DNA of 64,000 nucleotides, taken from NCBI GenBank assembly GCA_028716525.1, contig JAQUPQ010000019.1, positions 2,750 to 66,749 on the forward strand, in the 5' to 3' direction. This document shows, piece after piece, positions 24,449 to 33,783 of the stretch. Origin of the DNA: Terriglobia bacterium (GTDB lineage Bacteria; Acidobacteriota; Terriglobia; JAIQFV01). Position 1 is the stretch's first letter; every line of letters begins with the position of its first letter. The translations under genes and the position numbers were made by a program. Under the pieces are notes generated by a model. The model was given only the letters and a program-made list of their open reading frames with translations, had not been told where the DNA came from and searched no databases.

Positions 24449-27190
24449 ATGCGAATCAACCTGCGTCGATTAATTCTGTTTGTACTCATCATCATTTTCG
24501 TTGTGATTCCGCTGTTTCAGGTGGTGGTGTCTCTGGCGACGGATTGGTGGTGGTACCAAGAGCTGGGATACACCATCGTTTTTACCCGGGAATTGGGGAC
24601 GCGCTTATGGCTGGGCCTGGCCTCGGGGGTGGTGTTTTTTGTCATCCTCTTATTGAATATCTGGATTGCGCGCCGCAAAAGCAGCGACGTGGTTGATGTG
24701 GAAGGTCCCTTTTGGCGCGCCTTTCCTTATTACAACGCGCTGCGGGCCTTTGTAGATCGCTTCCTTTTATTCGCGGCGATCGTGGCCGCGATTGTTTTTG
24801 GCTTCTGGGCCTCCAGTCAATGGGACGTGTATCTGCGCGCTGTTCATGCCACGGCCTTCGGCACGAGTGATCCTCTCTTTGGTCGCGACATCGGTTTTTA
24901 TGTCTTTCGCTTGCCGTTTCTGCAGTTTTTGCAATCCGCGGGCTTGGGGATTGTGTGGGTGTCATTGATTGTGGCCGCTCTCATCCACCTGGTCCAAGGA
25001 GAGGTCTCGATCGTGCGTCAAGGCGTCGCCGTGGATCAGCGGATGCGCGCTCATCTCCTGGTGTTAATCTCCTTTGTGGCTCTTTTGCTGGCGGTGGGCG
25101 CACAGTTTGACGCCTGGGGTTTGCTTTACTCCAGTCGGGGAGTCGTGTATGGGGCCAGCTACGCCGATGTTCATGCCGAGCTTCCGTTGATTCGCTTTAT
25201 TACTTTCGCCCTGGTGTTGACCGCCCTACTGGCGGTGGCGCAGATCTTTAAGCGCGGCTATCGCTGGGTGATTGGCGGTGTGCTGCTTGTGTTCCTGGGT
25301 GTTCTGGGAAGGGCTGTTTATCCCAACCTCATCCAGAAATTTGAAGTCGTTCCCAACGAAATCAACAAAGAACGGCCTTACATTGAAAACGTCATCAAGT
25401 TCACGCGCCAGGCCTACAGCATTGCAAACGTTGACGAGCGCGAGTATCCGGCCGAAGACTCACTCACCGCGGAAGATTTGAAAAAGAACGATCTGACCAT
25501 CAAGAACATCCGCCTGTGGGATCATCAGCCGCTCCTGGCAACCTACGCGCAGCTCCAGGAAATTCGGCCCTATTACGCCTTCACGGACGTCGATAATGAC
25601 CGCTACACCGTCAACGGCGAATATCGCCAGGTCATGTTGAGCCCGCGCGAAATGTCGTCCGAGGCCCTGCCCAGCAAGATTTGGATCAACGAACACCTCG
25701 CCTTTACGCACGGATATGGACTGTGCCTCGGTCCCGTCAACCTTATTTCTGAAGAAGGTCTGCCGCAGTTTTTTATCAAGGACATTCCACCGGTCGCGAG
25801 CACCAATATCACGGTCACTCGTCCGGAGATTTATTACGGAGAACTTTCAAACAATTACTGCCTGGTGAAGACGCGCACCCCGGAGTTCGACTATCCTTCC
25901 GGCGAAGACAATAAATATGTGACCTACGCCGGCACCGGAGGGGTTCCTATTGGAAACCTTCTTCGAAAAGCGCTGTTTGCCTCGCGCTTCGGTGAAATTA
26001 ATTTTCTGTTGTCGAGCGAAGTCAGCGGCCAGAGCCGCATCCTGTTCCACCGCCGCATTGTGGAGCGCGTCCAACAACTGGTTCCGATGGCGATGTTGGA
26101 TCCCAATGCTTACATGGTGGTTGATCAAGGGAAGTTGTATTGGATCGTCGACGGGTACACCACCACTTCCAACTATCCGTATTCCGAACCACGCGAAAAT
26201 GTGGGGAACTATATTCGTAATTCCATCAAGGCCATCGTGGATGCTTACGACGGCTCGGTGAATTTGTATGTGAGTTCACCCGAGGACCCCTTGATCCAAA
26301 CGCAGATGAAAATTTACCCCGGGGTTTTCAAGCCGCTCGATCAGATGCCCGACTCCCTGCGGGCGCACATCCGCGTGCCGGAATTGTTCTTTTCGGTTCA
26401 GGCGTCCATCTACGCCACCTACCACATGACCGATCCGACGGTCTTTTATAACAAGGAAGATTTGTGGAAGATTCCCCAACGGGCCTTGGGCGGGCAGGAT
26501 CAGCCGATGGAGCCGTATTACACCATCATGAAGCTGGCGATGCCCAGGGAGGCGGCCACGGCGGCGAAGTCGCGTCAGGAAGAAGAGTTTATTCTGATGA
26601 TCCCTTTCACGCCGGCCAAGAAAGAAAACATGATCGCCTGGATGGCCGCCCGCTGCGACGCTCCCAATTACGGCAAGCTGGTGGTCTATTATTTTCCGAA
26701 GCAGAAACTCGTCTATGGCCCACAACAAATCGAGTCGCGTATCGATCAGGAAGCCGAGATTTCCAAACAGCTGACGCTATGGAACCAAGGAGGTTCCACA
26801 GTCATTCGCGGGAGTCTGTTGGTGATTCCCATTGAAAAATCCTTGCTTTACATCCAACCCTTGTACCTCTCTGCGTCTCAAGGCGGACGCTTGCCCGAAC
26901 TCAAACGCGTGATCGTGGCTTATGGAAATACCATCGCCATGCAGCAGAACTTGGAGTTGGCGCTGCAGACGATTTTTGGAGGTGCGGGAACAACTCCACC
27001 TGTGAACGTCGCCACCACGGCCGCGCCACAACCGGCTGAACCCGCCTTCAATATGGATGCGGCGATCAAGGATGCCGGTGATGCCTTCAACCGCGCCCAG
27101 GAAGCACTCCGCAGTGGGAATTGGGCGGCGTACGGCGACGAAATGAAGAAATTGGAGGCTGCCCTGAAGAGATTGCAGGAGAAGAAATAG
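24449..27190 (+). CDS. UPF0182 family membrane protein
   Basis: 913-aa ORF with a GAGGAGGAGG RBS. The N-terminal multi-TM region contains WWWYQELGY, followed by a large extracytoplasmic domain. Length and pattern fit UPF0182 (COG1615). Confidence 0.85.
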   Translation: MRINLRRLILFVLIIIFVVIPLFQVVVSLATDWWWYQELGYTIVFTRELGTRLWLGLASGVVFFVILLLNIWIARRKSSDVVDVEGPFWRAFPYYNALRAFVDRFLLFAAIVAAIVFGFWASSQWDVYLRAVHATAFGTSDPLFGRDIGFYVFRLPFLQFLQSAGLGIVWVSLIVAALIHLVQGEVSIVRQGVAVDQRMRAHLLVLISFVALLLAVGAQFDAWGLLYSSRGVVYGASYADVHAELPLIRFITFALVLTALLAVAQIFKRGYRWVIGGVLLVFLGVLGRAVYPNLIQKFEVVPNEINKERPYIENVIKFTRQAYSIANVDEREYPAEDSLTAEDLKKNDLTIKNIRLWDHQPLLATYAQLQEIRPYYAFTDVDNDRYTVNGEYRQVMLSPREMSSEALPSKIWINEHLAFTHGYGLCLGPVNLISEEGLPQFFIKDIPPVASTNITVTRPEIYYGELSNNYCLVKTRTPEFDYPSGEDNKYVTYAGTGGVPIGNLLRKALFASRFGEINFLLSSEVSGQSRILFHRRIVERVQQLVPMAMLDPNAYMVVDQGKLYWIVDGYTTTSNYPYSEPRENVGNYIRNSIKAIVDAYDGSVNLYVSSPEDPLIQTQMKIYPGVFKPLDQMPDSLRAHIRVPELFFSVQASIYATYHMTDPTVFYNKEDLWKIPQRALGGQDQPMEPYYTIMKLAMPREAATAAKSRQEEEFILMIPFTPAKKENMIAWMAARCDAPNYGKLVVYYFPKQKLVYGPQQIESRIDQEAEISKQLTLWNQGGSTVIRGSLLVIPIEKSLLYIQPLYLSASQGGRLPELKRVIVAYGNTIAMQQNLELALQTIFGGAGTTPPVNVATTAAPQPAEPAFNMDAAIKDAGDAFNRAQEALRSGNWAAYGDEMKKLEAALKRLQEKK

Positions 27191-27731
27191 CATCAAGAAG
27201 CAATCTGAGACGGAAAACCATTCGGGAATGGATGTTGGGAATAGAACGGGGATTGAGCTTCTGTAACTCTTACCGGCGAAGACCGGTGGTGTGCCCGTCT
27301 ACCGGTCACAGACGATCTATGATTTTGATCGTTGATGCCCACCTGCCGATTTCCAGGCTGCCGATGAAATATAAAGCCCATTTCCATCCGCTCTCGACCC
27401 AGAGTGGAGCATTGTAGAGAGAATTTCCAAACAGGCTGGTGGCCAGGCATCGGGCCAGATGCCGCACCAACTTTCGGAAATCGGTTGGAGGAGGTGCTTT
27501 CTCTGGCTGGATTGCTGGAGCCACGGCTTTAACCCTCGCCATCAATTTAACATCCATCATCTTCGACTTCTTAGACCTGAGCGGACACGGAAAGTTGAAC
27601 GGGAAAAAGCACCTTTGGATTCAATCCGCGACGTTCGACAAATCAAATCCATCTTTACGCGATCCTACGATCGGTCATAAAATGCGGCGACGCGGGGACA
27701 TTCAATTTGGGCGTGGCTGGGAGGCTGCGAT

Positions 27732-29255
27732 ATGAGGCGATTGGTTGTTGTTTTCGCATTGGTGGTAGCCTTTGCGGGTTTCTTGGGTATTGGGTACGTG
27801 GCGTTCAGGTTTCTCCTGGGCAGTTCCTCGTTTTCGACGAGTTCTGCTCCGCCGGGCTGGGTTGAAAAGAAAGATCCTCAAGGATTCATAGTGCAAATTC
27901 CGCGTGGCTGGAGCGCAGTGGGAGATCGCACGTCCGGAAAAGTGGAAATTAAAGGGAATTCCGGCGAATCGGTGACCTTGTGGCCCGTTTTTGTGGCGGC
28001 GCGGCTCAATTCATCCAGTGCGACTTCCATTGTCCGAGGCCTGGCGAAACAGCTGAGTCCCGCTGCAGAGTGGTTGGGCCCGGAGCCCATGGGCCCATCG
28101 GCCATCCGGCTTCGCGGGCGTTCCGGGAGCGACCTCTTGACGGCTGCTATGGCGTGGAATACCAGCAATAAGGGAACGGCGGGTTTGGTTTATCTTATTT
28201 CTTGTCCTGAAGCCCGTTATCAGAGTTCGCAGGATGCGTTCGTTCACATTCTGGAGAGCTTCCGCATGTTCGGGCCGCCTGCCAGTGAAGAAAAAGGGCA
28301 GGAATTGCCCCGATTCGTGCGCTGGGATGACCCGCGCGAACATGCTTTCAGCGTGGATGTTCCTGAAGGTTGGATGGCTAATGGCGGCATGTTTCGTTTT
28401 GCCTCTGTCGACACGCGGCCGGTGGTCGACGCAGCGTCTCCCGACGGAACCATACACATCACGGGAGGAGACAAGGATATTCCACCCTTTACGATGCCGA
28501 ACCAGATGCTGGCCTTCGCCGGTTTTCGTGAAGGCTCTTGGTATTCGCCGGGCTATGGCGTTCAGATGATGGTTCGCCGCTATCAGACCGGGGCTGAATT
28601 TGTGCGTTCCTACGTGGAATCAAAGATCGCGCCGCAGTGCATTGGGCTGGTATTCGACGAAACCCGCGACCGGCCCGATATTTCCCGCGCCATCAATGCG
28701 ATTTATGCGCAATTCAGTAATTCGGGGGTACGAACACAACTCAGCACCGGTGAAACGGCATTTCACTGCCAGAGCCGCGGCCAACCGATGAATGGATATT
28801 ATCTGGCCGGTACAATGTCGACGCTGATGACCGGCAACGGTCTGTGGAACGTCCAAATTCTCTATGGATTTTTGGCGCCGAGCGCACAGACGCGTCAGGC
28901 GCAAGCCATCCTGGAACATATGGTCCAGTCGTTTCAATACAATCCTCAATGGTCGGCCATGCAGTCCGGCATCGCCATGCAGACCTCCAAAATCGTGACC
29001 CAAACCAATAATGAAATCACCAACATGATCGACAGCAGCTATTGGAATCGCCAAAAGACGCTCGACGAAATCAGCCGCCGCCGCTCCAACGCCACGTTGG
29101 GAGTCGAGGACGTCATCGATCCCTTGACCGGAGACCAGATGAAGGTGGAGAGCGGATCGAATTATTACTGGATCGACCAGCATGGAGCCATTGTAGGAAC
29201 CAATACCGACACACGACCCAATCTGGATTTTCGCAAGATGGTTCAGTTACCCTGA
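27732..29255 (+). CDS. membrane-anchored hypothetical protein
   Basis: 507-aa ORF with GGGAGG 7 nt upstream. It has a single N-terminal TM (LVVVFALVVAFAGFLGIGYVAF). I recognise no family. Confidence 0.65.
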   Translation: MRRLVVVFALVVAFAGFLGIGYVAFRFLLGSSSFSTSSAPPGWVEKKDPQGFIVQIPRGWSAVGDRTSGKVEIKGNSGESVTLWPVFVAARLNSSSATSIVRGLAKQLSPAAEWLGPEPMGPSAIRLRGRSGSDLLTAAMAWNTSNKGTAGLVYLISCPEARYQSSQDAFVHILESFRMFGPPASEEKGQELPRFVRWDDPREHAFSVDVPEGWMANGGMFRFASVDTRPVVDAASPDGTIHITGGDKDIPPFTMPNQMLAFAGFREGSWYSPGYGVQMMVRRYQTGAEFVRSYVESKIAPQCIGLVFDETRDRPDISRAINAIYAQFSNSGVRTQLSTGETAFHCQSRGQPMNGYYLAGTMSTLMTGNGLWNVQILYGFLAPSAQTRQAQAILEHMVQSFQYNPQWSAMQSGIAMQTSKIVTQTNNEITNMIDSSYWNRQKTLDEISRRRSNATLGVEDVIDPLTGDQMKVESGSNYYWIDQHGAIVGTNTDTRPNLDFRKMVQLP

Positions 29256-29269
29256 TTAGAAAATCAGCT

Positions 29270-30073
29270 ATGAAGAGCTCAAGCGTTAGGAGCAGTGGCC
29301 AGGGATCATTCGACACACGCATTGAGAAATGTGTCCCCCTGATCCGGAATGCCCGCCGGATAACTGCGTTTACCGGGGCCGGAATTTCGACGGAGAGCGG
29401 ATTGTCGGATTTTCGCAGTCCCGGCGGCGTGTGGGATCGATACCGCGTGGTCACCTTTCAGGAGTTTGTACGAAGCCACGAGGCACGGGTGGAGTTCTGG
29501 ACCATGAAACGCGATTTCTACCACGAGCTGGAACGAGCCCGGCCCAATAAGGCTCATCAAGCCTTGGCCGAACTGGAACGGCGAGGGAGGTTGGAATGTG
29601 TCATCACGCAAAATATAGATGGCTTGCATCAGGAATCGGGGAATTCTCCCGACCGGGTCATTGAACTCCACGGAACAAATCGAAAAGCGGTGTGTCTCAG
29701 TTGCAGAAGAACTTGGCCCATTGGCGAAATTCAAACGCGCTTGGAATCCGGCGATTTGGACCCGCGCTGCGAGAAGTGTCAGGGATTGATCAAACCCGCC
29801 ACCATCTCGTTCGGCCAGGCCATGCCGGAAGAAGAAATGCGTCGAGCCTTCGAATGCGCCGAGACAACCGATTTGATGTTGATGATCGGTTCCTCCCTGC
29901 AAGTAGCTCCGGCAGCCTCCATCCCCCCGCACGCTCACACTCATGGCGCGAATTTGATTTTCATCAATCGAACCCAGACACCTTGGGATCACCTTTCAAC
30001 CGTCCTGTTTCGTGAAAGCGCCAGCGAAGTCATGGGCGGGCTTATCAATGGAATTTACTCCCGAGCTTGCTAG
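29270..30073 (+). CDS. cobB: NAD-dependent protein deacylase, Sir2 family
   Basis: The track ORF is 29042-30073. I chose ATG 29270, which is downstream of the previous gene's stop. Motifs are FTGAGISTESGLSDFRSPGGVWDRY, ITQNIDGLH, the zinc cysteines CLSC...CEKC, and GSSLQVAPAA. Confidence 0.9.
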   Translation: MKSSSVRSSGQGSFDTRIEKCVPLIRNARRITAFTGAGISTESGLSDFRSPGGVWDRYRVVTFQEFVRSHEARVEFWTMKRDFYHELERARPNKAHQALAELERRGRLECVITQNIDGLHQESGNSPDRVIELHGTNRKAVCLSCRRTWPIGEIQTRLESGDLDPRCEKCQGLIKPATISFGQAMPEEEMRRAFECAETTDLMLMIGSSLQVAPAASIPPHAHTHGANLIFINRTQTPWDHLSTVLFRESASEVMGGLINGIYSRAC

Positions 30074-30191
30074 CTCTTGCCCTGAATAAATTCTCTGCGC
30101 TAACTCCGCGGCCTCAGCGTCTCTGCGTTGAACCATCCTCCCCATGGTGGAGCACTCTTATGGTCATCGAGGCCATCTGCACAAGGACTCA

Positions 30192-30235
30192 TTAATTGCA
30201 TTACCGTATTAAATCATATAGAATCGCATAATTAA
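30192..30235 (+). promoter_or_regulatory. AT-rich inverted repeat in the mod promoter region, candidate operator
   Basis: TTAATTGCA...24 nt...GCATAATTAA has arms TTAATT/AATTAA. It lies in the only strongly AT-rich stretch upstream of the HTH-TOBE gene. AGGTGAGG precedes the ATG at 30270. Confidence 0.3.
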
Positions 30236-30269
30236 TGTGATCTAATTAGTAGAAATAGGTGAGGCTGCC

Positions 30270-30671
30270 ATGAGACTCTTCAAACCCACTGAAGCCGCCA
30301 AAATGATCCGGGTGAGTTATCCGACGCTCAAGCAGTGGATTTATCGGGGAAAGATCCGAACCATCAAAACGCCGGGAGGCCATCATCGCATTCCGGAATC
30401 GGAAATCCGGCGATGGATGAACCCGCCGGCCCAGGCTCAGGGGGGCGGTGAGACATTGCCGCTGGCGTCGATCAGCGGCCGAAATAAGCTTTTGGGAATG
30501 ATCACGGGAATCAAGTTCGACGGGCTGCTGGCGCAGGTGGTGCTGGAGGTGGGAGGGCAGACGATGACGTCCATCATCACGCGCAATGCCTGTCGGGAAT
30601 TGGGATTGAAGAAGGGTGTGGCGGCATATGCTCTGGTGAAAGCGACGGAAGTGATGATCATTCGTGCTTGA
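30270..30671 (+). CDS. molybdate-responsive regulator candidate: excisionase/MerR-type HTH fused to a TOBE (Mop) domain
   Basis: 133-aa ORF. The N-terminal part reads FKPTEAAKMIRVSYPTLKQWIYRGKIRTIKTPGGHHRIPESEI, an excisionase-family HTH. The C-terminal part reads SGRNKLLGMITGIKFDGLLAQVVLEVGGQTMTSIITRNACRELGLKKGVAAYALVKATEVMI, a TOBE fold pattern. It overlaps the modA start. Confidence 0.8.
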   Translation: MRLFKPTEAAKMIRVSYPTLKQWIYRGKIRTIKTPGGHHRIPESEIRRWMNPPAQAQGGGETLPLASISGRNKLLGMITGIKFDGLLAQVVLEVGGQTMTSIITRNACRELGLKKGVAAYALVKATEVMIIRA

Positions 30672-31536
30672 AAGGTTGTGGAAGTCAGTGGCCACCGCTC
30701 GAGGAAAAGGGAAATTTGCAATCGCACTTGTGATTGTCGTGGCGATGGTATGGGTGTGGGGGCGCAGCAGCCGATACCTGAAACCTCCGGGAGGAAAGGC
30801 TAAAACGCCACTCGTCGTATTTGCGGCAGCTTCGTTGACTGATCCGTTCAATGAAATGAAGAATCTCTTCGAGAGGCAACACCGCGATGTTCGAGTTGTA
30901 ATGAACTTTGCCGGGTCTCAAGAGCTGGCTCTTCAAATTGAGCAGGGGGCAGAATGTGATGTCTTCGCTGCGGCGGATCAGCGCTGGATGAACGACGTCG
31001 AACAGCGCCAATTGCTGTCCGAACGCCCGCGGGATTTTGTTCAAAATGATTTGATTGTGGTTCTGCCGGCGAGAAATCCGGGGCCTGTCCAACAACTTCC
31101 GGATCTCTCGAGAAAAGGCCTCAAGATCGTGGTCGCAGACGAGGCCGTTCCGGTGGGCCGCTATACGCGTGAGGTGTTAAATCGAATGAGCCGGCTTTCG
31201 GGATTCGGCCTCTCGTTCGCCGAGGCGGTATTGAAAAACGTGGTGTCGGAGGAAGACAACGTCAAAGCGGTTTTGGGAAAGGTTCAACTGGGCGAAGCGG
31301 ACGCCGGATTCGTTTATCGCTCGGATGTCTCTCAACGGGTTAAAGAAGAGGTGATCGTTTTGGAAATCCCCCCAGCCGCGAATATCGTGGCCACCTATCC
31401 ACTCGCGGTCCTGAAGAATTCCACCCATTTGGAATTGTCGCGTGAATTTGAGGACTTGGTGATGTCACCTGCCGGTCAGGACATTCTTGCCAACCACCGC
31501 TTTATTCCCGTTAGCCGGGGCAAGGGGCGTCCGTGA
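30664..31536 (+). CDS. modA: molybdate ABC transporter substrate-binding protein
   Basis: 290-aa ORF with a GTG start overlapping the regulator's stop. Motifs are VVFAAASLTDPF, NFAGSQELALQIEQGAECDVFAAAD and YPLAVLK. It sits in an operon with modB and modC. Confidence 0.88.
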   Translation: MLERLWKSVATARGKGKFAIALVIVVAMVWVWGRSSRYLKPPGGKAKTPLVVFAAASLTDPFNEMKNLFERQHRDVRVVMNFAGSQELALQIEQGAECDVFAAADQRWMNDVEQRQLLSERPRDFVQNDLIVVLPARNPGPVQQLPDLSRKGLKIVVADEAVPVGRYTREVLNRMSRLSGFGLSFAEAVLKNVVSEEDNVKAVLGKVQLGEADAGFVYRSDVSQRVKEEVIVLEIPPAANIVATYPLAVLKNSTHLELSREFEDLVMSPAGQDILANHRFIPVSRGKGRP

Positions 31537-32363
31537 GCGAACCCTTGTCTCCAAGGACACCGCTTTCGCTTCTGCGGACATTCCCGGGTTTTTGGTCCCT
31601 GTCTTTGATTTTGGGGGCCGCGATCATTCCCATTTTTCTTTGCCTGCCGCTACTGAGTTTGTTCGTCCAAGTTCCTTTTACGGAACTGGCGAAACGGATC
31701 AGCTCACCGGTCGTTTTGAATGCCTTGCGATTGAGCCTTTTGACGTCCTTCAGCTCCGCTGTCATCATTGTCGTTTTTGGTCTTCCCACGGCCTATTTCT
31801 TTGCGACCTCGGAATTTCCGGGGAAGCGAGCGTTGGAAGTCTTAATGAATCTCCCGATGGTTTTGCCGCCGACCGTTGCCGGCTTGGGTTTACTTTTAGC
31901 CTTTGGCCGGTCCGGCCTGGTGGGAGGCTGGTTGGCGCGCATGGGATGGAGCATTCCATTCTCCACGGTGGCGGTGGTCCTGGCGCAGCTTTTCGTGGCC
32001 ACGCCGTTTTTCGTGAATGCGGCTCGTTCAGGTTTTGAAGCCGTGGACCCGCATCTTCTTAAAGCCGCCTCCAGCTTGGGAGCTTCGCCATTCTATTGCT
32101 TCCTTCGAATCGTGTTGCCGCTGAGTTCGAGGTCGCTTGCCGTGGGGATGGCCATGGCGTGGGCGCGCTCTTTGGGTGAATTCGGCGCCACCATCACGTT
32201 TGCCGGAAATTTGCCGGGTGTGACTCAAACCATGCCACTGGCTGTGTATATGGCAATGCAAAGCGATTTGCAGGCGGCGGTGGCCTTATCGGTTCTGTTG
32301 CTGATCGTTTCTTTTGGGATTCTGATGGCCCTTCGAACGAGAGTGTTCCTGGGTCCGCGCTGA
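31533..32363 (+). CDS. modB: molybdate ABC transporter permease
   Basis: 276-aa ORF with a 4-nt overlap onto modA. The EAA-loop region is SLGASPFYCFLRIVLPLSSRSLAVGMAMAWARSLGEFGATITFAG. Confidence 0.88.
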   Translation: MSEPLSPRTPLSLLRTFPGFWSLSLILGAAIIPIFLCLPLLSLFVQVPFTELAKRISSPVVLNALRLSLLTSFSSAVIIVVFGLPTAYFFATSEFPGKRALEVLMNLPMVLPPTVAGLGLLLAFGRSGLVGGWLARMGWSIPFSTVAVVLAQLFVATPFFVNAARSGFEAVDPHLLKAASSLGASPFYCFLRIVLPLSSRSLAVGMAMAWARSLGEFGATITFAGNLPGVTQTMPLAVYMAMQSDLQAAVALSVLLLIVSFGILMALRTRVFLGPR

Positions 32364-32364
32364 G

Positions 32365-33444
32365 GTGACGGTGCTGAAAGCGACTTTAAAGAAAAAACTC
32401 ACTGCTTTTGATCTGGAGGTGAGTCTGGAGGTTGAGAAGGCTTTCCCGCTGGTTATTGTGGGAGAGAATGGAGCCGGAAAGACAACCGTTCTCAATCTTT
32501 TGACCGGACTGGTTCCGCCGGATGAAGGGCGAGTGGAGCTGAATGGAAAAATCTTTTGTGATACTGCTCGAGGGTTTCATCTCGCGCCGGAGCATCGGGA
32601 GATTGGATACGTTTTTCAGGACGCGGCACTGTTTTCTCACCTCACGGTCTATGAAAATGTGGCCTTTGGCCTGCGGGCCCGACGAGTGCCGGACCGGGAA
32701 GTTGAGCATCGTGTTCGGGAAATGCTCCATCGGTTCGGGATTTGGGACCTCGCGGCCTCTCGCCCCGGCAAGCTTTCGGGCGGTCAGAAGCAACAAGTCG
32801 CCCTGGCTCGCGCTTTGGTCACAAAACCCCGATTGCTCTTGCTGGACGAGGCCATGGCGGCGTTGGATTACCGCAACCGGCGGGAAGTTCGTAATGATTT
32901 ACGCTTCTTTTTGAAGGACGAAAACTGCATCACGTTGTTGGTTACGCATCAACCGTTGGAGGCGATGGCGTTTGGAGAGAAAGTGGCGGTGTTGGAGCAA
33001 GGAAAGATTGTGCAGTTGGGAGCCCGCGAGGAGCTCCTGCGGCGCCCCCGCACGCCCTATGTCGCCGAGTTAATGGGAGTCAATTTTTTCCAAGGACGGG
33101 TGGTGGCACGAGCCTCCGACGGTTTGTGTGAAGTCCGCACGGAGAACGGAATCCTGCATCTGCTCGCCGAGGAAGGACGTGAGGACGTGTTTATCGCCGT
33201 CGACCCACGCGAGATCACGCTGCACACCAGTGCCCCGTCCGGGACGGCGCAAAATGTATTTGAGGGCGCGATACTGGAATTGCTCCCCGAGCCGCCCCTG
33301 GGCGAACGCGTGCGCGTCGTCCTGGGCACGCATCCGTCCATTGTCGCGGAAGTTACCATTCACGCGGTTCGAACATTGGCTCTTCGGGAAGGGATCAGCG
33401 TCTACGCAAGTTTCAAAGCGACGGCGGCGAGATCGTACAACTGA
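32365..33444 (+). CDS. modC: molybdate ABC transporter ATP-binding protein with C-terminal TOBE domain
   Basis: 359-aa ORF with Walker A GENGAGKTT, signature LSGGQKQQVALARAL and Walker B LLLLDE. The C-terminal TOBE-like beta domain includes NVFEGAILEL...VRVVLG. Confidence 0.88.
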   Translation: MTVLKATLKKKLTAFDLEVSLEVEKAFPLVIVGENGAGKTTVLNLLTGLVPPDEGRVELNGKIFCDTARGFHLAPEHREIGYVFQDAALFSHLTVYENVAFGLRARRVPDREVEHRVREMLHRFGIWDLAASRPGKLSGGQKQQVALARALVTKPRLLLLDEAMAALDYRNRREVRNDLRFFLKDENCITLLVTHQPLEAMAFGEKVAVLEQGKIVQLGAREELLRRPRTPYVAELMGVNFFQGRVVARASDGLCEVRTENGILHLLAEEGREDVFIAVDPREITLHTSAPSGTAQNVFEGAILELLPEPPLGERVRVVLGTHPSIVAEVTIHAVRTLALREGISVYASFKATAARSYN

Positions 33445-33783
33445 TTCAGATCCCGCGTGAGGTGTGCAGCGGGTAGTTTTCTATCCATCGGGCACTCGTT
33501 TCCAACATTCGTCCGCGGACCACCGGAACGCGGCTTGAAGCCTCATTCCCGCTTTCTTGCCGAGCGTTGGGATGCAGGTCTGTACATCTTTTTGGGCTCC
33601 TTCAACAAACTCTTGACCGCGCATGGATTCGATGGTTTTATGTTTGCTCTTATGTGAATCCTTGAGCTTGAAATCTTGGGAAGAGGATTTGCTTTCGGCT
33701 GCCCCTTTTCATTGAACTCTTGAGATGTTTCCCGTTTCGCGCAAGACTGTCGTAGCGGTAACGGACCGCAATCCAATCGATCG

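Noticed and set aside
30074-30269. Molybdenum-cofactor riboswitch upstream of the mod operon
   Set aside because: The leader is short and AT-rich, with no extended conserved GC helices that I can see. A protein regulator gene heads the operon instead.
33445-33783. Minus-strand 77-aa ORF (33543-33776) and an overlapping frame of about 45 aa (MRGQEFVEGAQKDVQTCIPTLGKKAGMRLQAAFRWSADECWKRVPDG)
   Set aside because: There is no RBS and no recognisable family, and the frame is interrupted upstream by a stop. It may be a gene remnant but I cannot support that.
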